Assembly (NCBI GenBank): GCA_963558395.1
Contig: CAUWGE010000002.1
Span: 899 to 64,898, forward strand
Reading direction: 5' to 3'
DNA from: an uncultured Clostridia bacterium
Lineage (GTDB): Bacteria; Bacillota; Clostridia; TANB77; CAG-508
Length of the DNA: 64,000 nt
Under the pieces are notes generated by a model. The model saw only the letters and a list, made by a program, of their open reading frames with translations. It had not been told where the DNA came from and did not search any database. Shown one piece after another: positions 10,119 to 21,700 of this stretch; position 1 is the first letter of the stretch; each line of letters begins with the position of its first letter. Made by a program: the position numbers and the translations under genes.

Positions 10119-11068
10119 TAAAAATATATAATACAGATCAAGAAACAAACGAATATAAAGAAATAACTGAATATAAAGACGGAAGTTGGATAAATATGAT
10201 AGACCCAACAGAAAAAGAAATAGAAGAAGTTTGCTCAAAACTGCAGATTCAGCAAGACTTTATAAGATATTCACTAGATAATGAAGAAAAAGCCAGAATT
10301 GATTATGAAGAAGATGATGATACAGTACTGTTTATCATGGATGTACCTGTTAAAGAGAAAGAGCAAGATAGAGAAATATATACAACAATGCCAATAGGAA
10401 TTGTTGTTGTAAGAGATGATTTTATAATTACAGTATCTTTAAAAGAACAAGAAATAATACAATCCTTTATAAGCGGAAAAACAAAAGGATTTGCAACATA
10501 TAAGAAAAGTAGATTTATTCTTCAACTAATGTATAAAAATGCATCAAGTTATTTGAATTACTTAAAACAAATAAATAAAGAAACAGAAGCCGCAGAATTA
10601 AGGCTTAAAGAATCTATGAAAAATCAAGAATTATTAAAATTATTAGACTTAGAAAAATCTTTAGTGTATATTATAACATCATTAAGAGCAAATGAGGCTG
10701 TTATGGAAAGAACAATAAAAATAAAAAATATAAAACTATATGAAGAAGATGAAGATATTTTAGAGGATGCAATAATAGAAAATAAACAGGCAATAGAAAT
10801 GAGCAAGATATATAAAGATGTCTTAGATAGCTCTATGGATGCATATTCTTCAATGATTTCTAATAACTTAAATGAAGTTATGAAATTACTAACTTCTATA
10901 ACAATTATAATTTCAATACCTACATTAATTGCATCACTTTGGGGAATGAATGTAGAAGTGCCATTCGAAGTTCAAAAATATGGATTTTGGATCCTTTGCA
11001 TAATAGCATTTATAGTAACAGCAGTAACTATTCAAATACTTAATAAAAAGGGATTACTTGGAAAATAA
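10115..11068 (+). CDS. corA: CorA-family Mg2+/Co2+ transporter
   Basis: WGMNV signature, two C-terminal TM helices. Confidence 0.9.
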   Translation: MIKIYNTDQETNEYKEITEYKDGSWINMIDPTEKEIEEVCSKLQIQQDFIRYSLDNEEKARIDYEEDDDTVLFIMDVPVKEKEQDREIYTTMPIGIVVVRDDFIITVSLKEQEIIQSFISGKTKGFATYKKSRFILQLMYKNASSYLNYLKQINKETEAAELRLKESMKNQELLKLLDLEKSLVYIITSLRANEAVMERTIKIKNIKLYEEDEDILEDAIIENKQAIEMSKIYKDVLDSSMDAYSSMISNNLNEVMKLLTSITIIISIPTLIASLWGMNVEVPFEVQKYGFWILCIIAFIVTAVTIQILNKKGLLGK

Positions 11069-11139
11069 AGTAGAGCTTGATAAAAGCTGAAATCTTTGAT
11101 ATAATAGGAAAATCAAAAAAGAGAAAGGAACTATAAAAA

Positions 11140-12720
11140 ATGTTAATTGCAAATGGAGTGTCTGTAAGATTTGGAAAAAGAGCTCTTTATGAAGACGTAA
11201 ATATAAAATTTAATAAAGGATGCTGCTATGGAATTATAGGTGCAAATGGAACAGGAAAATCTACTTTTTTAAAGGTTTTATCTGGAGAACTAGAGCCAAG
11301 TAAAGGAGATGTTACAAAGGATAGAACAGAGAGAATATCTGTATTAAACCAAAACCACTATGCATTTGAAGAATATACTGTAATAGATACAGTAATAATG
11401 GGAAATAAAGAGTTATATAAAATTAAAACGGAAAAAGACGAAATATATGCTAAACCAGATTTTAATGAAGAAGATGGAATGAAAGCTGCAAAATTAGAAG
11501 AAAGATTTGCGGAATTAGACGGATGGAATGCAGAATCAGATGCGGAGCAACTTTTAAACGATTTAGGAATTTCTCCAGAAAAGCATTATAAACAAATGAG
11601 TGAAATAGAGGCTAAGGAAAAGGTAAAAATATTATTAGCACAAGCTTTATTTGGAAATCCAGACATATTATTACTAGATGAACCTACGAATGACTTGGAT
11701 TTAAAAACAATTTCATGGTTAGAAGAATTTTTGATTAATTTTGAAAATACTGTAATTGTAGTATCACATGATAGATACTTTTTAAATAAAGTATGTACAC
11801 ACATTTGTGATGTGGATTATGGGGAAATAAAGGTCTATCCAGGTAACTATGACTTCTGGTATGAATCAAGTCAATTAATCCAAAAACAAATGAGAGAACA
11901 AAATAAGAAGAAAGAAGAGAAGATAAAGGAGCTTCAAGATTTCATTGCAAGATTTAGTGCAAACGCATCAAAATCTAAGCAAGCAACTTCAAGAAAAAAA
12001 TCACTTGAAAAAATTCAATTAGATGAAATAAAACCATCAAATAGAAAATATCCATATGTAGATTTTAAACCAGATAGGGAACCTGGAAATGAAATACTAG
12101 AAGTAAAGAATTTGTCTAAAACTATAAATGGAGAAAAACTTTTAGATAATATATCTTTTAAAGTAAAAGATAAAGATAAAATAGCAGTATTAGCTGATAA
12201 TGAAAATGCTATAACAGTGCTATTTCAAATACTTGCAGGAGAGCTAGAACCTGACGAGGGAGAAATAAAATGGGGAACCACTATAACGGAAAGCTACTTC
12301 CCAAAAGATAATGGATATTTATTTGATTCAAATGACTCAATAACAGACTGGCTTAGACAGTATTCAAAAGATCCAGATGAAACATATGTAAGAAGCTTTT
12401 TAGGAAGAATGCTATTTTCAGGAGAAGAAGCACTAAAGGCAGTAAATGTTTTGTCAGGAGGAGAAAAAGTTAGATGTGTTCTTTCTAAAGTAATGCTTTC
12501 AGGGGCAAACTTTTTAATATTTGACGAACCAACAAACCATTTAGATATGGAAGCAATAACATCTTTAAATGAAGGGATGAAGAAATTTACAGGTAATTTA
12601 ATATTTTCATCACATGACCATCAACTAATGCAAACAGTTGCAAATAGAATAATTGATATAAAATCAAATGGAATTGTAGACAAGGAACAAAGCTATAATG
12701 AATATTTAGGAATAGAATAA
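11140..12720 (+). CDS. ABC-F family ATPase (YbiT/YkpA-like)
   Basis: two ABC domains, GANGTGKST, LLDEPTN, VSHDRYFL, no TM segments. Confidence 0.9.
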   Translation: MLIANGVSVRFGKRALYEDVNIKFNKGCCYGIIGANGTGKSTFLKVLSGELEPSKGDVTKDRTERISVLNQNHYAFEEYTVIDTVIMGNKELYKIKTEKDEIYAKPDFNEEDGMKAAKLEERFAELDGWNAESDAEQLLNDLGISPEKHYKQMSEIEAKEKVKILLAQALFGNPDILLLDEPTNDLDLKTISWLEEFLINFENTVIVVSHDRYFLNKVCTHICDVDYGEIKVYPGNYDFWYESSQLIQKQMREQNKKKEEKIKELQDFIARFSANASKSKQATSRKKSLEKIQLDEIKPSNRKYPYVDFKPDREPGNEILEVKNLSKTINGEKLLDNISFKVKDKDKIAVLADNENAITVLFQILAGELEPDEGEIKWGTTITESYFPKDNGYLFDSNDSITDWLRQYSKDPDETYVRSFLGRMLFSGEEALKAVNVLSGGEKVRCVLSKVMLSGANFLIFDEPTNHLDMEAITSLNEGMKKFTGNLIFSSHDHQLMQTVANRIIDIKSNGIVDKEQSYNEYLGIE

Positions 12721-12728
12721 TAATATAA

Positions 12729-12767
12729 AAATAGGTAAGATTATATAAAACAAAATCTTACCTATTT
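12729..12767. terminator. bidirectional terminator
   Basis: AAATAGGTAAGATT...AATCTTACCTATTT. Confidence 0.75.
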
Positions 12768-12790
12768 GTTATTTTTATAGTTAATTATTA

Positions 12791-13855
12791 TTATTTATAT
12801 TTATCTTTTATTTCTTGAATTTTATCGTATTCATTATCAATAATATCTAAAAACATTGCTCCAAGTTCAGGGTCGAACTGTGTACCTAAGTTTTTTTGAA
12901 TTTCATCATGTACTACGTTTAATGGTAAACTATCTCTATAAATTCTTCTTGAAGACATAGCATCAAAAGAATCAGCAATAGCGGCAATTCTTGCAATATA
13001 TGGAATATTATTACCAGATAACCCCTCTGGATATCCACTGCCATCAAATCTTTCATGATGATGCTTAACAATAGGAATAATATCCTTAAACATATCTGTT
13101 TTTTCCAATATATCCACACCTATTTGAGTATGTTTTTTAATTGCTTCATATTCTTCATCAGTTAGCTTACCATTTTTCATAAGAATTGTATCTGGGATAC
13201 CAACTTTACCTACATCATGGAATAGACCACCAATTCTTAATATTTCAAGCTCTTCTTCACTTAAATTCAGTTTTTTACCTAAAAGAACAGAATAAGCAGC
13301 GACTCTGTCAGAATGACCTCTTGTATAAGAATCTTTTGCTTCGACAGTTGCTCTTATCATTTGGATAACCTCAAAATGAGCTTTTTCCAAATCTTGATTA
13401 GCTTTTTCTAAATCATCATTTATTTCTGTAATAGTTTTTCTTTGCTCTAATGCTTTGATACCAGATTCGATTAAGAGTAAAAGCTGGTCAAAATTATCAC
13501 TTTTTTCACAATAACCTTGAATATCTAGCTGCTTTATGGTATCAAGTGGTGGTGCCAAATCTTTATGTCCAGTTAATAGAAGAATATATAAGTCTTTATC
13601 AAATTTTCTAATTTCCTCTACAACCTGATCACCATGAAGAGGAGACATAATAAAGTCAAGTAAAAGTAAATCATACTTGTTAGCTTTCATTTCAGAAATA
13701 GCATCAATAGGATTTGTAAAAGTTTTTAATGCATATCCATGTCTATTTAAAACGACCGTCAATGAGTCTAATATGCCTGGATCGTCATCTACGGCGATTA
13801 TTTTAAAAGGAGAGGTAGCAACCTCTTGCATATATTTTCTCATAAAAACCTCCAT
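12791..13855 (-). CDS. response regulator with REC and HD-GYP phosphodiesterase domains
   Basis: VDDD/LLLD receiver; HSDRV, HDVGK, HHERFDGSGYP motifs. Confidence 0.92.
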   Translation of the reverse strand: MEVFMRKYMQEVATSPFKIIAVDDDPGILDSLTVVLNRHGYALKTFTNPIDAISEMKANKYDLLLLDFIMSPLHGDQVVEEIRKFDKDLYILLLTGHKDLAPPLDTIKQLDIQGYCEKSDNFDQLLLLIESGIKALEQRKTITEINDDLEKANQDLEKAHFEVIQMIRATVEAKDSYTRGHSDRVAAYSVLLGKKLNLSEEELEILRIGGLFHDVGKVGIPDTILMKNGKLTDEEYEAIKKHTQIGVDILEKTDMFKDIIPIVKHHHERFDGSGYPEGLSGNNIPYIARIAAIADSFDAMSSRRIYRDSLPLNVVHDEIQKNLGTQFDPELGAMFLDIIDNEYDKIQEIKDKYK

Positions 13856-13879
13856 TTATTATTTCAATATGTATATATT

Positions 13880-15691
13880 TTAACTCTTTGGCAATAAAAT
13901 ATTAAACCTTGTGCCCTTACCAAGTTCAGAAGAGAAAGTAATATCTCCACCAAAATGGCCCTTAATAGTAGAATACGACATAAACAAACCAAGTCCTGTA
14001 CCATTTTGACCTTTTGTTGTTATCATTTGTGAAAATAGTTTTGATTGAACTTCTTTGCTAATGCCACAACCATGATCTATTATTGAAAATATAATTTTGT
14101 TATCTTTATAATCAACAATTAAATCAATTGAACCATCAGGCCTGCCATTATAGGCCTGTATTGCATTAGAAATCAAGTTATTTATAACTTGTACTAAACT
14201 ATTTATGTTGCCAGTAATTGTTGTATCTGGATTAATCTTAAAATCAATATTTAATGAAACCAAAGCATTTTTTAATTCATGTTTCATTAGTATATTAACT
14301 CTATTTAGTAATTCTTTTATTGTAAAAGTAATCGAAGTATCATTATTCATATTAACAGCTTGCCCCTTAACAGCAGTAATAATATCTGACATATATGAAT
14401 CATAAGTTCTAATTTTATTAACCCATGAACTCATATCTTTAGCAATATCATGATGGTCTTCAATTGTTACTTCAGGGTCATTAATGGAATTATTATATTC
14501 ATTAATTAAATCTTCTAATCCATCAACTGCTCCAGAGATGGACATGATAGGTGTTTTTAAGTTGTGTGCGATTCCTCCAACCATTTGACCTAAGGAAGCT
14601 AAACGTTCCCTTTCCATCAAAGCATTTTGGCTTCTTTCTAGATTTTGCATGTCCAATATGTGCTGAGTAATATCTTTAAATAATATAAGAATTCCAATAC
14701 ACTGGCCATCTTCATATATACCACTAATTTCTACATTGAAGTGCCTTTCAGAGTTAACTAAAGACGCTTCTAAATGGTAAATAGTTTTACTTCTTTTTGA
14801 AGTAACTAGACCTTCTTTTAAAGAACCGGTTTGAGATACTATTTTATCAGAAAAAGAAAGGTCAAATATATTTTTTCCAATTAAATCAGATTTATTCAAG
14901 TTAAATACTTGCTCAAATGGTTTATTACAATCTGAAATAATACAATCTTGATTAAGTACTAAATATAAATCCGACATTTGGTCAACAATTCTTTTTAATG
15001 CAATAGGAGTAACACTTAAAAAATTATATCTAAGTATAGCTACACCAAAGAAAAAGATTGTAATAATAAATGAAATAGGTGTTATATAAATATTTGCATC
15101 AAAGATAGTCATACAGCATATATTTACTACTACTGGAAAAGCTGAACCTATAAGTATTAAAAGAGATTGCTTAGAAAGCATAGATGATTCTTTTATTGAG
15201 GTTCTAAGTAAAATTATTATATCTACTGCAAATAATGCATAAGTATAAAGAGAATGCACAGGAAAATAATTTCCAAAAACAACATTTACAGTATTTACAG
15301 AATAATATTTATAAAATAAGTGATGAAAATCATTTGTCCACAAAACGAACATTGTTATAGTTGGAACAATAAATAATGATAAATACCACTTTTTAAATGT
15401 AATTTCCTTCTTGGAAAAAATATATGCAACAAAGAAAAGGGCAACAGGTGTAAATGCAATTGGCAAATATATAAAATAATCAACATATACTGCAAGGTCA
15501 GGAGACACATAATTAATAATAAGTATCTGAACAATAAGTCCAATACACCATAAAGTCATAAGAAGCATTGTACATTCAAATGCTCTAACCAATTGATTTC
15601 GTTTACTAGCTCTCTTTCTTATAAAATAGAATATTGTTAATTCAGCAATAACTGTTATTATTAATACAATAAAATATCCACCAAATTGCAT
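13880..15691 (-). CDS. sensor histidine kinase (7TM N-terminus, PAS, HisKA, HATPase)
   Basis: multiple TM helices; AHNLKTP H-box; NLISNA, DHGCG, GTGLGL boxes. Confidence 0.92.
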   Translation of the reverse strand: MQFGGYFIVLIITVIAELTIFYFIRKRASKRNQLVRAFECTMLLMTLWCIGLIVQILIINYVSPDLAVYVDYFIYLPIAFTPVALFFVAYIFSKKEITFKKWYLSLFIVPTITMFVLWTNDFHHLFYKYYSVNTVNVVFGNYFPVHSLYTYALFAVDIIILLRTSIKESSMLSKQSLLILIGSAFPVVVNICCMTIFDANIYITPISFIITIFFFGVAILRYNFLSVTPIALKRIVDQMSDLYLVLNQDCIISDCNKPFEQVFNLNKSDLIGKNIFDLSFSDKIVSQTGSLKEGLVTSKRSKTIYHLEASLVNSERHFNVEISGIYEDGQCIGILILFKDITQHILDMQNLERSQNALMERERLASLGQMVGGIAHNLKTPIMSISGAVDGLEDLINEYNNSINDPEVTIEDHHDIAKDMSSWVNKIRTYDSYMSDIITAVKGQAVNMNNDTSITFTIKELLNRVNILMKHELKNALVSLNIDFKINPDTTITGNINSLVQVINNLISNAIQAYNGRPDGSIDLIVDYKDNKIIFSIIDHGCGISKEVQSKLFSQMITTKGQNGTGLGLFMSYSTIKGHFGGDITFSSELGKGTRFNILLPKS

Positions 15692-15701
15692 AAGTTCCTC
15701 C

Positions 15702-18700
15702 TCATATGTTTTTTAGTATTTTTTCAATATATTCTTTTGTAATTTCAGGCCAATAGAAATCGGCTTTATCTAAAAATTTCAAAGTAAATGTATTTGTAAT
15801 TTTTAAGTTGGTTTTATATAATAGTTGTTTATCTTTATTCAAATCATTTAAAAGTACACTTACTTTATCAGAATTTGAACTATTAAACAAAACATTATTT
15901 AAATGTCTATTAAATATAAAATCATCTACTACACTTATATCATATCCTAAATTGTTTAAATATTCAATAAATTTCTGTATAAATAAATGTTTCGAATTAT
16001 ATAAATGTAATACAGACATTGGAGAAGTGTAGTATTTCATACAAACAACTATTGACTCAGCAATTTTATCAACAGGACTAAACTCAACATATTTATCTAG
16101 TAAAGAAAGAGGAATTTCTTTTAGATAAATGAATGCTTTTAGCCTATTTAAGAACGCATTATCATTACTGTTTTCTTGAAATTTTCCGTCGCTATATCTA
16201 TTTGTAATATTTCCAATTCTAAGGATGACACCTTTTAATTTTTTAGAAGAGATTTCATCTAAAATAAATTTTTCTGCTTCAAACTTACTTCTAACATAAA
16301 CATTATCTAGAGGTTGCTTTATAAATAGGTTAGTTTCTCCAAAAGAAATAATCTTATTTAACTTAAAAGTACTAGGTACACCAGTTAAAGTATTTCCAGA
16401 AACACTGATTGTTGATGTATGGTATAGTTCCTTATTAAATTCTTCACAAAATTTTACTAGATTTTTAGCACCAGTAACATTAATCTTTTCAAAATCTTTA
16501 TAATAGCCGTAATGTTTAACAGAAGCGGCACAGTTAATAACAGAAGATACTTCTTTTCCAAGAAAATTGTATATTTCGTTAGAAACCTTAAATTTATCAT
16601 TTGTTATATCTCCAGATATAACGAAAAGTCTGGTTCCAAATAAGTTACTTAAATCACTACCAAAATAATATTGGAATTTTCTCTTTAACTTATTTTCAGG
16701 AGAAGTACTAGGGTCTTCTCTTATTAAACAATAGATTTTGATATCATCTATTTTTAATAACTCAGCAAGAACATGAATTCCTAAAAATCCAGTAGCACCA
16801 ACTAACAAAACATTTTTGATGATTTTTTGTTTTAACTTTAATGCTCCAAAAGCAGAATTTTTCTTAAGCAGTTTATCTATTTTCTTAAAATCCTTAGGTG
16901 TATATGTTGGTAAGTTTTCGGTAGTAGAGTTATTTTCAACAAAATTAGCCAAGTCATGAATAGTGTTATTTTTAAATATATCACCATAATTCACAGTAAT
17001 ATTGTTTTTCATCAGCTCAATTTGCATTTTTAAAGCAGATAATGAATCCCCACCAATATCGAAGAAATTATCTTCAGTACTAATTTCTTCAAGAGAAAGA
17101 ATATCTCTCCAAATATTTAATATTTTACTTTCTAGTTCTGATTTAGGACGAACTATTGCAGCTGTTTTAAATACAGGATCAGGAAGAGCTTTTCTATCAA
17201 TTTTTCCATTTGGAGTGTATTTAAAGCTTTCGAGCTGAAGCATATAGTTAGGAACCATATAATTAGGCAATTTTTTTGCTAAAGCTTTTTTTAGTGTAGA
17301 GTATGGAACTCTTCCACTTGCTACAAAATATCCACATAAAAGCTCTCTATTATTAATGGTCTTAACAGTTACAACAGCATCACTAATACCTTCATATGAG
17401 CATATAGCTCTTTCTATTTCACCAAGTTCAATTCTAAGACCGCGAACTTTTACTTGAAAGTCGGTTCTACCTAAACAAATTAATTCACCATTAGGTAATA
17501 GCTTGGCTAAGTCTCCAGAATTGTAAATGATTTCATTATTATACTTAATAAATTTTTCAGAAGTAAGCTCAGGTCTATTTTTATATCCTAAAGTTACACC
17601 ATCTCCGCCAATATACAAAGTCCCTGGAACATAATATGGTACAAAGTTCATATCATTATCTAAAACGAGAACATGAGTGTTTGCAAGAGGAGTACCTATT
17701 GTAATGTCATTTGTATTTGTAAGATCTTTTAAAGTAGAGCCAACAGTAGTTTCGGTTGGACCATACATATTATAAACTTCTGTATCAGATAATTCTTTAA
17801 TTCTTTTAAGTAGCTCTAAAGGAAATGGTTCTCCTATTAATGAAACAATTTTAAGTTCTTTTAAATATGGAAGTTCGTCATTAATAAGTAGTTTAAATTT
17901 AGATGGTGTAGTTTGTATTACATCTACATTATTTTTTAAACAAAGTTCATTTAAAAGAATAGGATTGTTTTGCTCATCATTTGTAGCCATAACAACTTTC
18001 ATACCAGTGCAAAGAGGAAGCAAACTTTCAAAAACAAATATATCAAAACACATAGTTGTTATTGAAACAATAGTTTTTCCTTCTAATGGCATTCTTTCTA
18101 AGCAGCCATATATAAAGTTTACAACATTATATTGCTTTATCATGACTCCTTTAGGCTTACCTGTTGAACCAGATGTATAAATAAGGTAAGCTAAATCTTT
18201 TGGACCTTGCTCTGTGTTAAATTCAGAGTAAGGAAGGTAATTGGCTTTGTCATCAACTAAAAGATAATTAGTAGGTATTAAATCCTTTAAGTTATTTTCG
18301 GTTAGAATTAAATCTACTCCACTATTTTCAATAATATAACTAACTCTTTCTTCTGGATAGGTTGGGTCAATTGGTAAATATCCAGCACCAGATTTCAAAA
18401 TTGCAAGCATAGAGATGATTAAGTTATTTGAACGATTCATCATAATGCCAATGACATCTTTTTTTCCAAAAGTACGAAGTTTATTAGCAAGCCTATTTAT
18501 TTTTACTTCTAATTCTTTATATGTATATTGCTCGTTTTTACATACTAAAGCAATTTTATTTGGAGTAAGTTTAACTTGGTTTTCAAACATATCTATAACT
18601 CTAAAATCTCTAGGATAATCTAAAGTTGGATAAATATAAGGTATCTTAGATAACATTTGAATTTTAGATATTTGAATATCTGGATTTACTAAACAGCTAT

Positions 18701-21700
18701 TTATGATATTAAAATAGCAGTCAAGTAATGTTTTCATAAACTTTTCACTATAAAGATTAGTAGAATATTCTAATCTAAAGTTATAACCTGAACTTATAGG
18801 AGTGATCTCTAAAGAAAAATCAAATTTAGAAGTTTTATTTTCAGGAATAACATATTCTACCTCTTCACCATCAAATGAGAATGAAGGTCTACCACCACTT
18901 TCATAAGTAAAGAGTACATCAAATATAGGGCTTCTACTTGGATCTCTTATTACATTCAAAGTTTTTACTAAATCATCAAAAGGATAAGTTTGATGATTAA
19001 ATGCATTTAAACAATTCTTCTTTACTGCTTCTAAAAATACACTAAATCTACTAGCAGAATGTATGTTTTGCTTTAAAGGTAGAGTATTTACAAACATTCC
19101 AATAACATTAGAAATCTCAGGAGAATTTCTTCCTATAACAGGGCTACCAACTGTAATATCATTTTGCATAGTATATTTATACAAAAGAATATAAAAACAT
19201 GAAAGGAAGAACATATATGGTGTAATATTATATTTTTTGCATAATGTAGATATATCCGAAAGTTTATCTAAAGAAGCATAAACATTAGAACCCTCTTCAG
19301 ATTTTATATTTGTTCTTTCAAACTCAGTAGGCATATTTAAAAGAGGGATACCAGCAGAAAATTGCTCTTTCCAATATAATTTATCATCTTCACTTATAGT
19401 TTCAGAAACAGCATAATCTATATAATCAAGTTCAGATTTTAAAATTTGATTACCATTATATAAATCACACAATTCTTTAGCAAAAATGCTAATAGAAGTT
19501 CCATCACAAATTATATGATGAATATCTAGTTTTAATAAATATGAATCGTCAAAATGGTCTAATTCAACATGAACAAGAGGGGCTTTAGAAAGGTCAAAAG
19601 GCCTAATAAAGTTTTCGTTATCATATTCATTAACTGTTAGATGAAAATCAATATTTTTAACTAGTTTTTGAACTACATCATTATTTTCTAATACAAAATA
19701 TGTTTTAAATGCATCATGCATATTTAAAATTTGTGCTAAGCATTTCTCAAGCTTTGAAATGTCAGGCTTTGATCTAAATTTAACGCCAAAAGGAGTATTA
19801 TATGCCAAACTTTCAGTCTCCATATTTACTGTATAAAATATTCTTCTTTGAGCAGAAGAAACTGGATATGAATCAGCTTCTTTATGCTTTTTTATAACTA
19901 TCTTTTGGTAAGACGATGAATTTTTTTCTTCTAAAAGAGAAGAAAGCTCTTTAATAGAAGGCATGTTATAAATATCTTGAATATTTAACTTTATATTTAA
20001 AGTACTATATATTTCAGAAACTAGTCTTATAACTGAAAGAGAGTCCATACCCCAATCAAAAATATTAGCCGTAGCACTAATTTTATCTGTATCCAGAATG
20101 GGTTTTAAAATATTCTCTAATTTTTTTTCAAAGTCAGTTTCGCAAGGAACAAAATGTTCATGTATAATTTGTATTTCTGGTAAATTCTTTGTATCAATTT
20201 TTCCGTTTAATGTAATAGGAAAAATTGACAGTTGCATAATATGACTAGGAATCATATATTTGGGCAAAGACCTTGCAATAAAATCTTTAACATAATTTTC
20301 ATCCAATTTAGAGTCTGCTTTAATATATGAACAAATACAGTCAATATTGTTTACTTTCTTTATAACAGATATAGCATTTGTAACTTCAGGAATTTGCATG
20401 ATTTTAGATGTTATTTCATCAAGCTCGATACGTAAACCATGGAGCTTAATTTGATTATCTTGCCTTCCTAAGTAAATAAGTTCACCATCACTAGATAATA
20501 TACCTAAGTCTCCGGTATGATAAGTTCCATTAAAATCAAATTTATTAACATATCCTTTTCCTACGCCATCTCCTTTTATTACTATTTCTCCGCAAACGCC
20601 AGAAGGAAGGATATTGCCGAATTTGTTCATAATATAGATTTCAGTATTTAAAAATGGTTTCCCTATTGTAATATTATCATCTTTAACTTTTTTATTAGAA
20701 GCACAAGCAGTGCATTCAGAAGGACCATAACCATTATATATTTTAGCAGAAGTATTTTCTCTTAGCCTCTTATATAAAGAAGGTTTAAAAACTTCTCCAC
20801 CTAACTGAATTACTTTGACATCTTTTAAACAATCAGGTTCTTCTAATAAAAGACTAATTTTAGAAGGTGTACTTAAAATAAAATCAACATGGTTTTCCTT
20901 TATTAATTTGCTAGTAAAAGCAGGAATTTTTTGTTCTTCTTCATCTGCTAAAACAACAGTTTTTCCATCTAAAATAGAAACAAAATTTTCTACTATAAAC
21001 ATATCAAAGGCAACTGTACTAGTACTTAAAAAGTTTTTGCAATCATTAGTTTTTAATAGTTGTTTATAACTATTTAACATATTAATGATACCAATACGTT
21101 TTAATTCAACTCCTTTAGGTTTACCAGTTGAACCAGATGTATATATAATACAAAAGCGATCATCATTTGATGAATCAGCAGGTGAAAAACAAGTAGAAAA
21201 CTGTTTTCGATGTTCGATATTAATAGATGGGTAGTTTATATATAAATTTGTAAGAACAAGTTTGCTAGATGCATTTTCAAGCATATATTGAACCCTATCT
21301 TGTGGAAGGCTAGGATCTATTAACATATAAGAAGCCCCAACTTTTAAAACTCCCCAAATAGCAATTAATAAATCGAATGAACGATTAAACATTATACCAA
21401 CAGAGTCCTGTTTTTCTATTCCATAATTTAAAAGTAAATTTGCAACTTGATTAGACTTTTCATCTAATTCTTTGAAAGTAAGTTTTGCACCTTTAAAAAT
21501 TATAGCAGGTGAATTTTCGTTTAATTTTACAACTTTAGAAAAAAGGCTAATAAGAGAAGTATTTTTGTCATATTTAAATGAAGTATTATTAAAGTCAGAA
21601 ATGATTTTATTATCCTCTGGAGAAGTTACTTCTATGTTAGAAATTTGAGGATTTTGCAATGCAAATTTAGCCATTTCACAAATTCTAGAATGCAAAAGAT